37,205 nucleotides of DNA from a virus (taxonomy: Duplodnaviria > Heunggongvirae > Uroviricota > Caudoviricetes), in the IMG/VR virus record IMGVR_UViG_2711768063_000004, positions 1-37,205 of that record; one strand, given 5' to 3'. The notes under the pieces are model-generated. The model searched no databases. It was not told the DNA's origin and saw only the letters and a list, made by a program, of their open reading frames with translations. The position numbers and the translations under genes are program-made. How positions within the stretch are numbered: the stretch's first letter is position 1; each line of letters begins with the position of its first letter. Of this stretch, positions 1 to 7,666 are shown piece after piece.

Positions 1-1053
1 TTACGGGGTAATGCCAACCGCTGCCGCCACTTTGTCGCCACTTGGCAGCGTTGCCAGAGGATTGAAACGGAGCGCCGTTTCCAGATGATCCGGTGCCAGA
101 TGAGCGTAACGCATAGTCATTTTTATATCGTGATGTCCGAGGATTTTTTGCAAAGCAAGGATATTTCCACCCGACATCATGAAATGCGCCGCAAACGTAT
201 GGCGCAGAACGTGTGTCAGTTGACCGCGAGGGAGCACGATAGACGTTTTTTCCATCACGGATAAAAATTGAAAATAGCAGTCTGTGAAGAAATTGAACCC
301 ATCAAGCGTCATGATCTCTTCGTAAAGCTCTTTACTGATAGGGATGCTTCTGTTTTTCTTCCCCTTCGTTCTTACAAAGGTAATTCGGTATTTGGTCACC
401 TGTGAACGAGTAAGATTTACGGCTTCTCGCCAGCGTGCGCCTGTGCTTAAGCATATCTTAACTACCAGTGCCAGAATTGGGTCCTGACGTTTGCAATCAG
501 CCAGCAATTCAACAATCTGCTCATGGGTAAGCCATGCCATCTCTTTTTCTGCGATGGTGAATTTTCGCATGTTCTCCAGTGGGTTCGGATACGACCATTC
601 GCCCAGGCGGGATAGTTCGCTAAAAACACTACTTAGATAGCTTTGCTCCAGATTAATGGTGACCGGGCTTGCTCCTTTCTTCCATTTCTCGCTGAAGTAG
701 ATCTCTCCTGTCAGGCGTTTATCTCGATAGTGGGCAAACATTTTAGAGGTGAGATCTGTTGCAAGGGGATTGCCCAGAGCGTCAACCATCAACAGCAATT
801 TGTCACAGACATGCCGCCCAGCGGTTAGAGATTTACCATGTAGCTTGAACCATAGCTCAACCACGTCTTTCAGTGTTCGACGATCCACTGATTCACCAAG
901 CCAGGGCTTTGCTTCGGTTTCTTCCATCGTGTGGCGCTCAAAAGCCAGAGCTTCGCCTTTGGTGGCAAATTGTTTACGCACACGGCGTCCGCTACGTCCG
1001 GCGGGGTAACATTCGCAAAGCCATTTCCCTGTGGTGAGTTTTCGTACTGCCAT
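1..1053 (-). CDS. int: Tyrosine integrase (P2/186 Int family)
   Basis: 350 aa; C-terminal catalytic region has the R...HxxR...Y pattern (LRHTFAAHF...HHDIKMTMRYAHL). Sits at the prophage end, co-oriented with the repressor as in P2/186. Stop codon is at 1..3. Confidence 0.85.
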   Translation of the reverse strand: MAVRKLTTGKWLCECYPAGRSGRRVRKQFATKGEALAFERHTMEETEAKPWLGESVDRRTLKDVVELWFKLHGKSLTAGRHVCDKLLLMVDALGNPLATDLTSKMFAHYRDKRLTGEIYFSEKWKKGASPVTINLEQSYLSSVFSELSRLGEWSYPNPLENMRKFTIAEKEMAWLTHEQIVELLADCKRQDPILALVVKICLSTGARWREAVNLTRSQVTKYRITFVRTKGKKNRSIPISKELYEEIMTLDGFNFFTDCYFQFLSVMEKTSIVLPRGQLTHVLRHTFAAHFMMSGGNILALQKILGHHDIKMTMRYAHLAPDHLETALRFNPLATLPSGDKVAAAVGITP

Positions 1054-1131
1054 AAAAAATGCCCTCCAGTGGAGAGCATTTTTACTGTATATATAACCAG
1101 TGTCAATGTATGATGCTTAAGGTTACATACA

Positions 1132-1503
1132 TCATAAGTACCGATATGATTGCGGGGCCGTTATGTTATCACCTAATGAACTTAGATGAAGTGGTTGGTC
1201 ATAGATTTTTAGATTACCAATTTCTATAGCAAAGGCTTTTTCTTTGCTATGAAAATAAGAGTCAAAAAATTGTTTACTGATACCTGCGTATTGGCTTGTT
1301 TTTTCCCATACAATACTCGGCTTATCTTCTATAACATCTGCAATGTCAAATTCAGCAACAACTTTACCGACAGGCATTGTTGAATAAATAACCACAGATT
1401 TTACATCCGTTTTTTTAAAAATACCTTTCCTGAATTCAAACTTCTTCGTCCCATTAAGGATTTTTTCAACAAATTCAGGTTTTATTGACAATAATACTTT
1501 CAT
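1132..1503 (-). CDS. ASCH (PUA-like) domain protein, accessory
   Basis: 123 aa; N-terminus MKVLLSIKPEFVEKILNGTKKFEFRK is typical of ASCH domains. AT-rich; overlaps the upstream gene by 29 nt; same strand as cI and int. Confidence 0.6.
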   Translation of the reverse strand: MKVLLSIKPEFVEKILNGTKKFEFRKGIFKKTDVKSVVIYSTMPVGKVVAEFDIADVIEDKPSIVWEKTSQYAGISKQFFDSYFHSKEKAFAIEIGNLKIYDQPLHLSSLGDNITAPQSYRYL

Positions 1504-2554
1504 CTACAGCACCAAGTTTAATTATATCGTCAAATTGCTCATCGGTTAATTTAACAACACCCCAACGGTTTTTAGGATTTAAACCAATTTCTTTGATTAG
1601 TTTAGCACGGTTTATTCTTTTAGGTAAAGCTAGATTATATGTAAAACTAATAATGTAAGGGTATCTTTTTGTTTGATAGAATTTTTTTAATTCATTTTCA
1701 GAGAATACACTGTATCGTGTACAATACTGTATGAATTCTTTTTCACTATAAAAAGAATCAATATGTCTAATATCTTCAACTACACATAATGACGTTGCGA
1801 CAGAGCGATAATACGCTCTGTTTTCTTTGTCACTTGTTCTGTAAATAACTAAAATGTCATGTCTTTTTATTTTTTTTACGTCATGCATTCTGCATATATA
1901 TATTTTTCTAATGCTATTCGCATGAGATACATCCGTGATTATATCAGGGGACTCTGTGGTGAGTATCGAATCAGGAAACAGTTTTGTATGGAATTCAGGA
2001 TATATGGATAACAGATATTTGTTTTCATCGTTTCTATTATTTATATACGGATAATCAGACAAAATATCCCCTGTAAGATGATTTTTATTCATCTCTCTTA
2101 CTAAGACTTGTTCACTCCCATTAGCAGTTTGTTTTGTAGCAACATGAATAAAACCATAAATTTTGAATAGTCTAATTAAATAATCATGTTTTTCAAAAAC
2201 AGTCACATAGATATCATCTACTTTTTCTTTTAGTGCATGATCAAAAATCTTTTTGAGGAATCTTTGTCCTCGTAGAGTCCCCTTTGGGTTGAATTTAAAT
2301 GTGCCTATTTTTAGATGTTTAGCACGAGTCAAAGGTGGTATTACGTCGTCAATAATACCACGCTCAATTTTCAAGTATAAAAAACCATCAATTGTGTTGT
2401 CATCATTATATAAGACATAAGCTTTTTCTTCGATAGAATTACATTTTTTATTGAACCAATCGATAAATCCATGTTGATAGTCTTTTTTTAAGGAGTCAAA
2501 AAAAACATCGTTAAAATTAACTTCATTAAACTGAATGTGTTTTAATTTTTCCAT
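1475..2554 (-). CDS. Putative GNAT-like acetyltransferase N-domain fused to an ASCH-like C-domain, accessory
   Basis: 359 aa. N-half shows a GNAT-like pattern (IDGFLYLKIE...KIGTFKF...LRGQRFLKKIFDHA...IYVTVF...YGF). C-half restarts with an ASCH-like motif (KYLLSIYPEFHTKLF...RHDILVIYRT). Domain calls are by eye only. Confidence 0.5.
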   Translation of the reverse strand: MEKLKHIQFNEVNFNDVFFDSLKKDYQHGFIDWFNKKCNSIEEKAYVLYNDDNTIDGFLYLKIERGIIDDVIPPLTRAKHLKIGTFKFNPKGTLRGQRFLKKIFDHALKEKVDDIYVTVFEKHDYLIRLFKIYGFIHVATKQTANGSEQVLVREMNKNHLTGDILSDYPYINNRNDENKYLLSIYPEFHTKLFPDSILTTESPDIITDVSHANSIRKIYICRMHDVKKIKRHDILVIYRTSDKENRAYYRSVATSLCVVEDIRHIDSFYSEKEFIQYCTRYSVFSENELKKFYQTKRYPYIISFTYNLALPKRINRAKLIKEIGLNPKNRWGVVKLTDEQFDDIIKLGAVDESIIVNKT

Positions 2555-3687
2555 TTTTTCACCAGTGCAATAAAGTTGGATAATTTTTGTGGTTTAATAA
2601 AGTGAGCGGCAATGTAAGCTACAATAAATGCAATGGTGCAAATTAGATAAATGTCTTTATGCACACCATCTGTTGGAATAAATTTCATTATGTATGCTAT
2701 GGCTGCAGCATAGAACATATATGTAAATATTTTACTAATTTTTGATTTAGTAGTCTTGAACTTCACTACTACAGAGAAGTCACCTAGCCGTGCGCCATCA
2801 TCCTTTTTAGCTTTCCAGTGGTAAATCATAGGATCGTTCTTACCAAAATTGACATTATTTGAAAAGTATTTTTTCCATGTCTCTGATTCAAGAATACGAC
2901 AACCTTGATAGCTTGAACCTGATGCCGATGCTTCGTCAACCATATCTCGTATAACGAAAAAATGATATTTGCTTGGAGTGCAAGAGGCGCTGGCCAGTGT
3001 GGTTGCGACTTCGTTTGGCAAATTTCTTTGTTCGTTAATTCTGAAATCTATAATATCAGAACGTTCAATATTGCTTTTTAAGAATAAATCTTTGGGATAG
3101 AATGTTTTAACAATTGCTTCAACATCAGATTCATTTAGGTTAATTCTGAATCTGATGTAGTAATTGCAATCATTGCAATTATTGCAATTATTGCAATTAT
3201 TGCAATTAGACAAACAATCCTGCAGATGGAAAAATACATATGTCCCATCATTCCTCTTTCTCAATGTGATTCTTTTGTCGAATGCCCCCCCTTGAAAATC
3301 AAGTTTTGTATTAACTATTAGTTTACCTTTTCGTGTTAAATTTAATAATAAGTGTTTCTCGTTTATTGAGTCTTTATTTATGACGTATTCATTAAAAACC
3401 GCGGTGATCAGTTCTTTGCTGCTATCTAGGTTCGTGCTTAAATCAATGAAGTCATCTTTTTCTTTTACAAACGGTAAAAATAAACAGATTGCACCCTGTT
3501 CTGAAATTTCATTATTTTGGGGGCGAGAAAATGATATGCCAAAATCTAGATGATAGCATTTTTGGGATGTGATATTCCAAAAGTTGATGTGTAGTTCGTT
3601 TATAAAATCTGCTTGAGTCTCATTATAATCCTCTCCTGGGCCTTTAGCGTAGTTTCGACATCCCCAAATAGCAAAACTTCTAGACAT
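2542..3687 (-). CDS. Membrane-anchored hypothetical protein with Cys-x-x repeat, accessory
   Basis: 381 aa; two hydrophobic helices at the C-terminus (IFTYMFYAAAIAYIMKF, IYLICTIAFIVAYIAAHFI); internal CNNCNNCNNCNDCN encoded by a 9-bp tandem repeat; AT-rich; starts 31 bp downstream of the cI stop. Confidence 0.55.
   Translation of the reverse strand: MSRSFAIWGCRNYAKGPGEDYNETQADFINELHINFWNITSQKCYHLDFGISFSRPQNNEISEQGAICLFLPFVKEKDDFIDLSTNLDSSKELITAVFNEYVINKDSINEKHLLLNLTRKGKLIVNTKLDFQGGAFDKRITLRKRNDGTYVFFHLQDCLSNCNNCNNCNNCNDCNYYIRFRINLNESDVEAIVKTFYPKDLFLKSNIERSDIIDFRINEQRNLPNEVATTLASASCTPSKYHFFVIRDMVDEASASGSSYQGCRILESETWKKYFSNNVNFGKNDPMIYHWKAKKDDGARLGDFSVVVKFKTTKSKISKIFTYMFYAAAIAYIMKFIPTDGVHKDIYLICTIAFIVAYIAAHFIKPQKLSNFIALVKKWKN
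3163..3207. repeat. Five tandem copies of 9-bp unit ATTGCAAT(T/C) inside the CDS
   Basis: attgcaatc then attgcaatt x4, read directly. ATTGCAAT is itself an 8-bp palindrome. In-frame (3 codons per unit), encoding a Cys-Asn-Asn repeat on the minus strand. Confidence 0.9.
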
Positions 3688-3718
3688 AACAACACCATTC
3701 GTTATCGGTCAAATAAAT

Positions 3719-4669
3719 TTATATTATAGTCATTAGGTTGAACTGGCATTTTGCAACCGGTTTGAGTTCATTAATTGCACAGTCAAAAGTAATATTTGAG
3801 TTTGAGCTCGTTACTCTTACTTTACCTACCGGTATTCTTATTACCTCGCGAACACTGATTTTTCCTTCAATTTCAACAAACCACAATCCATCGCTAATTT
3901 CGTCAAATTTCCCCTCAGCTAAGTATATCCTGCTGCCATCAAATATTAACATTGGATCTTTAATCGACTTAGGTACAAAGGACTTATCAAAAATGTAGTT
4001 ACCCTTCCTTTCGAGTGCACCATCGGCAAGCACGTACTTGTTTATGCACACAATGTTTTCATTTTGTGAACTTTTATTAAGTCCTTGCCCATCAACAAGC
4101 CATTTCAATGAGAATCCAGTTTCAAGGGCACACTGTATTATCCAATCAGCAGGGAATGAGTCACGCATATAGCGTGTAGCTAATGTACTTTTTGATATAC
4201 CAAGATGATCTGCCAGTGCTTGACGAGTTTTAAAGCCATAAGCCTTAACTATCCGTTCTATTGCCGCTTTTCCTCCCTGATTGAAATCGACTTGATGATC
4301 ATTATGAAAATTAAAGGAAGGTATATGATTGTCACTTTCAACGTCATCTCGCTGGTCGTCTTCGTTGTCTCCATTTGGAACAGTTGAGAGTATTTCTTCT
4401 GCCGCATCAGAACCAAACGCCAGCCATTCCAAAGATGCTCCTGTTTCCATTGAGCATATAACAACCCAATCAGCAGGAAATGTATCGCGAGCATATCTAT
4501 TGGCCATCGTACTTTGTGAAATACCAAGATGGTTACAGAACGCTTGGCGTGACTTGAAGCCATAAGCTTTGAGTATTCGCTCAATGACTTTCTGTCCCCC
4601 ACGATTCTGCATAACAATGGCTTTCGCATCCTCTTTGATATGGCGAAATGTGAATTTTTGAGTTGACAT
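3719..4669 (-). CDS. cI: 186 CI-type immunity repressor with duplicated N-terminal DNA-binding domain
   Basis: 316 aa. Two paralogous N-terminal modules (ERILKAYGFKSRQAFCNHLGISQSTMANRYARDTFPADWVVICSMETGASLEWL and ERIVKAYGFKTRQALADHLGISKSTLATRYMRDSFPADWIIQCALETGFSLKWL), then a C-terminal region with the 186 CI-like motif SDGLWFVEIEG. Divergent from the apl/cox-like gene. Confidence 0.75.
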   Translation of the reverse strand: MSTQKFTFRHIKEDAKAIVMQNRGGQKVIERILKAYGFKSRQAFCNHLGISQSTMANRYARDTFPADWVVICSMETGASLEWLAFGSDAAEEILSTVPNGDNEDDQRDDVESDNHIPSFNFHNDHQVDFNQGGKAAIERIVKAYGFKTRQALADHLGISKSTLATRYMRDSFPADWIIQCALETGFSLKWLVDGQGLNKSSQNENIVCINKYVLADGALERKGNYIFDKSFVPKSIKDPMLIFDGSRIYLAEGKFDEISDGLWFVEIEGKISVREVIRIPVGKVRVTSSNSNITFDCAINELKPVAKCQFNLMTII

Positions 4670-4757
4670 GTTCGTTATGTGAACCTATTCTCCGTTTTGT
4701 GATGTTGTTATCACGATTAAAACCAGCTCACCACAAGCTAAAAGGAGATGTTGCATC
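4670..4757. promoter_or_regulatory. Lysis-lysogeny switch region between divergent cI and apl/cox-like genes
   Basis: 88-bp intergenic region between divergent start codons; contains the dyad tgtgat-N6-atcacg (4698..4715) and an AGGAG ribosome-binding site ahead of the 4758 start. Promoter positions not resolved. Confidence 0.45.
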
Positions 4758-4979
4758 ATGACACCTAACATTTCAATAACTCTGAATACGCCACACGTCA
4801 CAATCGAGCGTTATAGCGAACTTACTGGCCTTTCAATCGACACAATCAACGATATGCTGGCAGATGGTCGCATCCCTCGCCATCGCCTTCGGAAAGACAA
4901 GAAAAGGGAAAAGGTAATGATCAACCTTGCTGCTCTTACCGTTGATGCACTTACTGATTGCAATGTTGTATTCAACTAG
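4758..4979 (+). CDS. Apl/Cox-like small DNA-binding regulator or excisionase
   Basis: 73 aa, first gene of the rightward early operon, divergent from cI. Positional analogue of 186 apl / P2 cox. Confidence 0.55.
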   Translation: MTPNISITLNTPHVTIERYSELTGLSIDTINDMLADGRIPRHRLRKDKKREKVMINLAALTVDALTDCNVVFN

Positions 4980-5011
4980 TTCCATTTTGGGGTACATCAA
5001 GAGGGGCGACT

Positions 5012-5521
5012 ATGTTTGATTACCAAGTTTCCAAACATCCACATTTTGATGAAGCCTGTCGTGCATTCGCACTGCGCCACAACCTGGTGCAACTGGCAGA
5101 ACGTGCAGGCATGAATGTGCAGATCCTGCGGAACAAGCTGAACCCAGCTCAACCTCATTTATTAACCGCACCAGAAATCTGGTTGCTTACCGATCTGACT
5201 GAAGATTCGACGCTGGTAGATGGTTTTTTGGCTCAGATTCATTGTCTGCCATGTGTGCCGATTAATGAGGTGGCAAAAGAGAAACTGCCACATTACGTCA
5301 TGAGTGCAACCGCAGAGATCGGGCGTGTTGCTGCAGGTGCGGTATCTGGCGATGTAAAAACCAGTGCAGGTCGTCGTGATGCCATCAGCAGCATTAACTC
5401 TGTAACACGACTGATGGCGCTGGCTGCTGTTTCATTGCAGGCCCGTTTACAGGCTAACCCTGCGATGGCGAGTGCGGTTGATACCGTAACTGGCCTCGGT
5501 GCTTCATTCGGTTTGCTGTGA
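5012..5521 (+). CDS. cII: Phage 186 CII-like transcriptional regulator
   Basis: Start taken at the internal ATG ([25 protein letters not shown]...); closely resembles 186 CII as I recall it; position after apl matches 186. Confidence 0.75.
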   Translation: MFDYQVSKHPHFDEACRAFALRHNLVQLAERAGMNVQILRNKLNPAQPHLLTAPEIWLLTDLTEDSTLVDGFLAQIHCLPCVPINEVAKEKLPHYVMSATAEIGRVAAGAVSGDVKTSAGRRDAISSINSVTRLMALAAVSLQARLQANPAMASAVDTVTGLGASFGLL

Positions 5522-5528
5522 GGTGCTT

Positions 5529-5825
5529 ATGCTGTCGAAAGAACCATCATTTGCATCGCTGCTGGTAAAACAAAGCCCGGCAATGCACTACGGTCACGGC
5601 TGGATCACGGGTGAGGATGGAAAACGCTGGCATCCATGTCATTCACAAGATGAATTGCTGTCTGAATTGACCACGAGGAAACGGAGAAAGTCCAAATGTA
5701 TGCGGCAGAAAGTGAAATGGTTTATCAGTTTCGTTACAGAGGGGAGAGTTATTCAGTACCTGAAGATGATTTGCTCTGTTGCTATCCGTCATTGTCGGGC
5801 GATGGCAGTTACTTTTTCACGTTAA
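5529..5825 (+). CDS. Hypothetical early protein (boundaries uncertain)
   Basis: ATG with GAGGTG ribosome-binding site just after the cII stop; N-terminal part looks protein-like, but the last ~40 codons overlap the next ORF in another frame. Confidence 0.35.
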   Translation: MLSKEPSFASLLVKQSPAMHYGHGWITGEDGKRWHPCHSQDELLSELTTRKRRKSKCMRQKVKWFISFVTEGRVIQYLKMICSVAIRHCRAMAVTFSR

Positions 5826-5920
5826 AGGATGGGACGTTTTTACGGGGAGAGCAGGTTAAAGAGACGATACGAAAAAATGTATCTCCTCTTGAGCGTTACC
5901 GTAAGAACAAAGAACGATAG
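5696..5920 (+). CDS. Hypothetical early protein
   Basis: 74 aa ORF with protein-like composition (MYAAESEMVYQFRYRGESYSVPEDD...); overlaps the previous ORF by about 130 nt. Confidence 0.45.
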   Translation: MYAAESEMVYQFRYRGESYSVPEDDLLCCYPSLSGDGSYFFTLKDGTFLRGEQVKETIRKNVSPLERYRKNKER

Positions 5921-5942
5921 CTGCGTTTGGGGGATATGAAGT

Positions 5943-6284
5943 ATGGCAATTAATGGCGCTGCAGCAACTGTTCCATTAAGCCCCGGTGAACGCCTGAATG
6001 GACTTAATCACATTGCGGAGTTAAGGGCGAAAGTTTTTGGCCTGAATATTGAGTCAGAGCTTGAGCGGTTTATTAAAGATATGCGTGATCCACGGGATAT
6101 CAATAATGAACAAAATAAACGGGCACTGGCTGCCATATTCTTTATGGCAAAAATTCCAGCTGAACGTCATAGCATCAGCATTAATGAGCTGACCACTGAC
6201 GAAAAGCGGGAGCTGATTAAAGCAATGAATCATTTTCGTGCAGTGGTGAGCTTATTTCCCAGACGGCTAACCATGCCGAATTAA
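5943..6284 (+). CDS. Hypothetical early protein
   Basis: 113 aa ORF in the early operon between cII and dam; no motif recognised. Confidence 0.5.
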   Translation: MAINGAAATVPLSPGERLNGLNHIAELRAKVFGLNIESELERFIKDMRDPRDINNEQNKRALAAIFFMAKIPAERHSISINELTTDEKRELIKAMNHFRAVVSLFPRRLTMPN

Positions 6285-6351
6285 CCAACTAATGAAATTA
6301 ATGGCGTAAACCCGCCGGGCATCCCTTTATCTAAATTCAGGAGAATTGATT

Positions 6352-6585
6352 ATGCGTAATATTGATACCCTCACGACTAAAACCGGACCGGATGACGCAG
6401 GGCTTAATATTTTACTGACAGAGGCTCGTCTGGAAGAACGCCGGGCAAGGGCTGAAGCAATGGCAGCTCGCCTTGATCGCCTGGCGTGTCATATCACATC
6501 CCGCCAGTTAAACCACGTCGAAGCGGCAGAACTGCTGCGTGTGACTGCTGAAGCAATCCAGAACGAAGCGCAGGAGATCCACTGA
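6352..6585 (+). CDS. Hypothetical early protein
   Basis: ATG at 6352 preceded by AGGAG at 6339..6343; 77 aa; stop overlaps the start of the next gene (ATGA). Confidence 0.5.
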   Translation: MRNIDTLTTKTGPDDAGLNILLTEARLEERRARAEAMAARLDRLACHITSRQLNHVEAAELLRVTAEAIQNEAQEIH

Positions 6586-6812
6586 TGGCTGATGCAATGG
6601 ATCTCGTCCAGCAGCGCGTTGAAGAAGAACGCCAACGTCATATCCGTGCTGCCCGTGCCAAAACGCCGGGCATGTCCCGCGTGCTTTGCATTGAGTGTGA
6701 AGCGCCAATTCCGCCAGCACGCCGTCGTGCCATTCCGGGTGTGCAGCTTTGCATTACCTGTCAGGAAATCGCAGAGCTGAAAGGCAAACATTACAACGGA
6801 GGTGCTGTATGA
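6585..6812 (+). CDS. TraR/DksA-family C4 zinc-finger protein
   Basis: 75 aa with CxxC-N17-CxxC (CIECEAPIPPARRRAIPGVQLCITC); positional analogue of P2 orf82. Confidence 0.7.
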   Translation: MADAMDLVQQRVEEERQRHIRAARAKTPGMSRVLCIECEAPIPPARRRAIPGVQLCITCQEIAELKGKHYNGGAV

Positions 6813-7666
6813 GCACCATCCTGAAATGGGCGGGAAATAAAACCGCCATTATGTCCGAACTGAAAAAACACCTTCCTGCTGGCCCGCGACTGGTTGAACC
6901 TTTCGCGGGTTCCTGTGCTGTGATGATGGCGACGGATTACCCCAGCTATCTGGTTGCTGATATTAATCCTGATTTAATCAACCTCTATAAAAAGATTGCC
7001 GCTGATTGTGAATCGTTTATATCTCGTGCCAGAGCTTTATTTGAGGAAGCAAACAGGGAGGTGGCTTATTACAACATAAGGCAGGAGTTTAACTGCTCAA
7101 CTGAAATTACTGACTTCATGAAAGCAGTATATTTCCTGTATCTCAATCGTCACGGTTACCGTGGGTTATGTCGCTATAACAAGAGCGGGCATTTCAACAT
7201 TCCCTACGGTAATTATAAAAATCCGTATTTCCCTGAAAAAGAAATTCGCGTATTTGCAGAGAAAGCCCAGCGAGCAACGTTTATCTGCGCCAGCTTTGAT
7301 GAAACGCTGGCGATGCTGCAGTTGGGGGATGTGGTGTATTGCGATCCGCCTTATGACGGTACGTTTTCCGGCTATCACACTGACGGCTTCACTGAAGATG
7401 ACCAGTATCACCTGGCATCTGTTCTTGAATATCGATCATCAGAAGGTCATCCAGTCATTGTTTCTAACAGTGACACATCCCTGATCCGTTCGCTGTATCG
7501 AAATTTCACTCACCACTACATCAAGGCAAAACGCAGCATCGGCGTGTCGGCTGGCGAGAGTAAATCTGCAACAGAAATCATTGCTGTTTCCGGGGCGCGC
7601 TGCTGGGTGGGATTTGATCCTTCGTGTGGCGTGGATAGTTCTGCTGTGTACGAGGTGCGTGTATGA
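6809..7666 (+). CDS. dam: DNA adenine (N6) methyltransferase, Dam family
   Basis: N-terminus LKWAGNK...LVEPFAGS and catalytic DPPY motif (VYCDPPYDG) match E. coli Dam; start overlaps the upstream stop; GGAGG ribosome-binding site. Confidence 0.8.
   Translation: MSTILKWAGNKTAIMSELKKHLPAGPRLVEPFAGSCAVMMATDYPSYLVADINPDLINLYKKIAADCESFISRARALFEEANREVAYYNIRQEFNCSTEITDFMKAVYFLYLNRHGYRGLCRYNKSGHFNIPYGNYKNPYFPEKEIRVFAEKAQRATFICASFDETLAMLQLGDVVYCDPPYDGTFSGYHTDGFTEDDQYHLASVLEYRSSEGHPVIVSNSDTSLIRSLYRNFTHHYIKAKRSIGVSAGESKSATEIIAVSGARCWVGFDPSCGVDSSAVYEVRV

Noticed and set aside
3163-3207. Possible CRISPR array or phase-variation tract
   Set aside because: Units are 9 bp, directly tandem with no spacers, and in frame within a CDS, so not CRISPR; copy-number change would not shift the reading frame, so classic on/off phase variation is unlikely.
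4258-4629. 123-aa ORF nested in an alternative frame of the repressor gene
   Set aside because: Fully contained within the cI coding region, which is supported by two recognisable domain copies; the nested frame has no features of its own.
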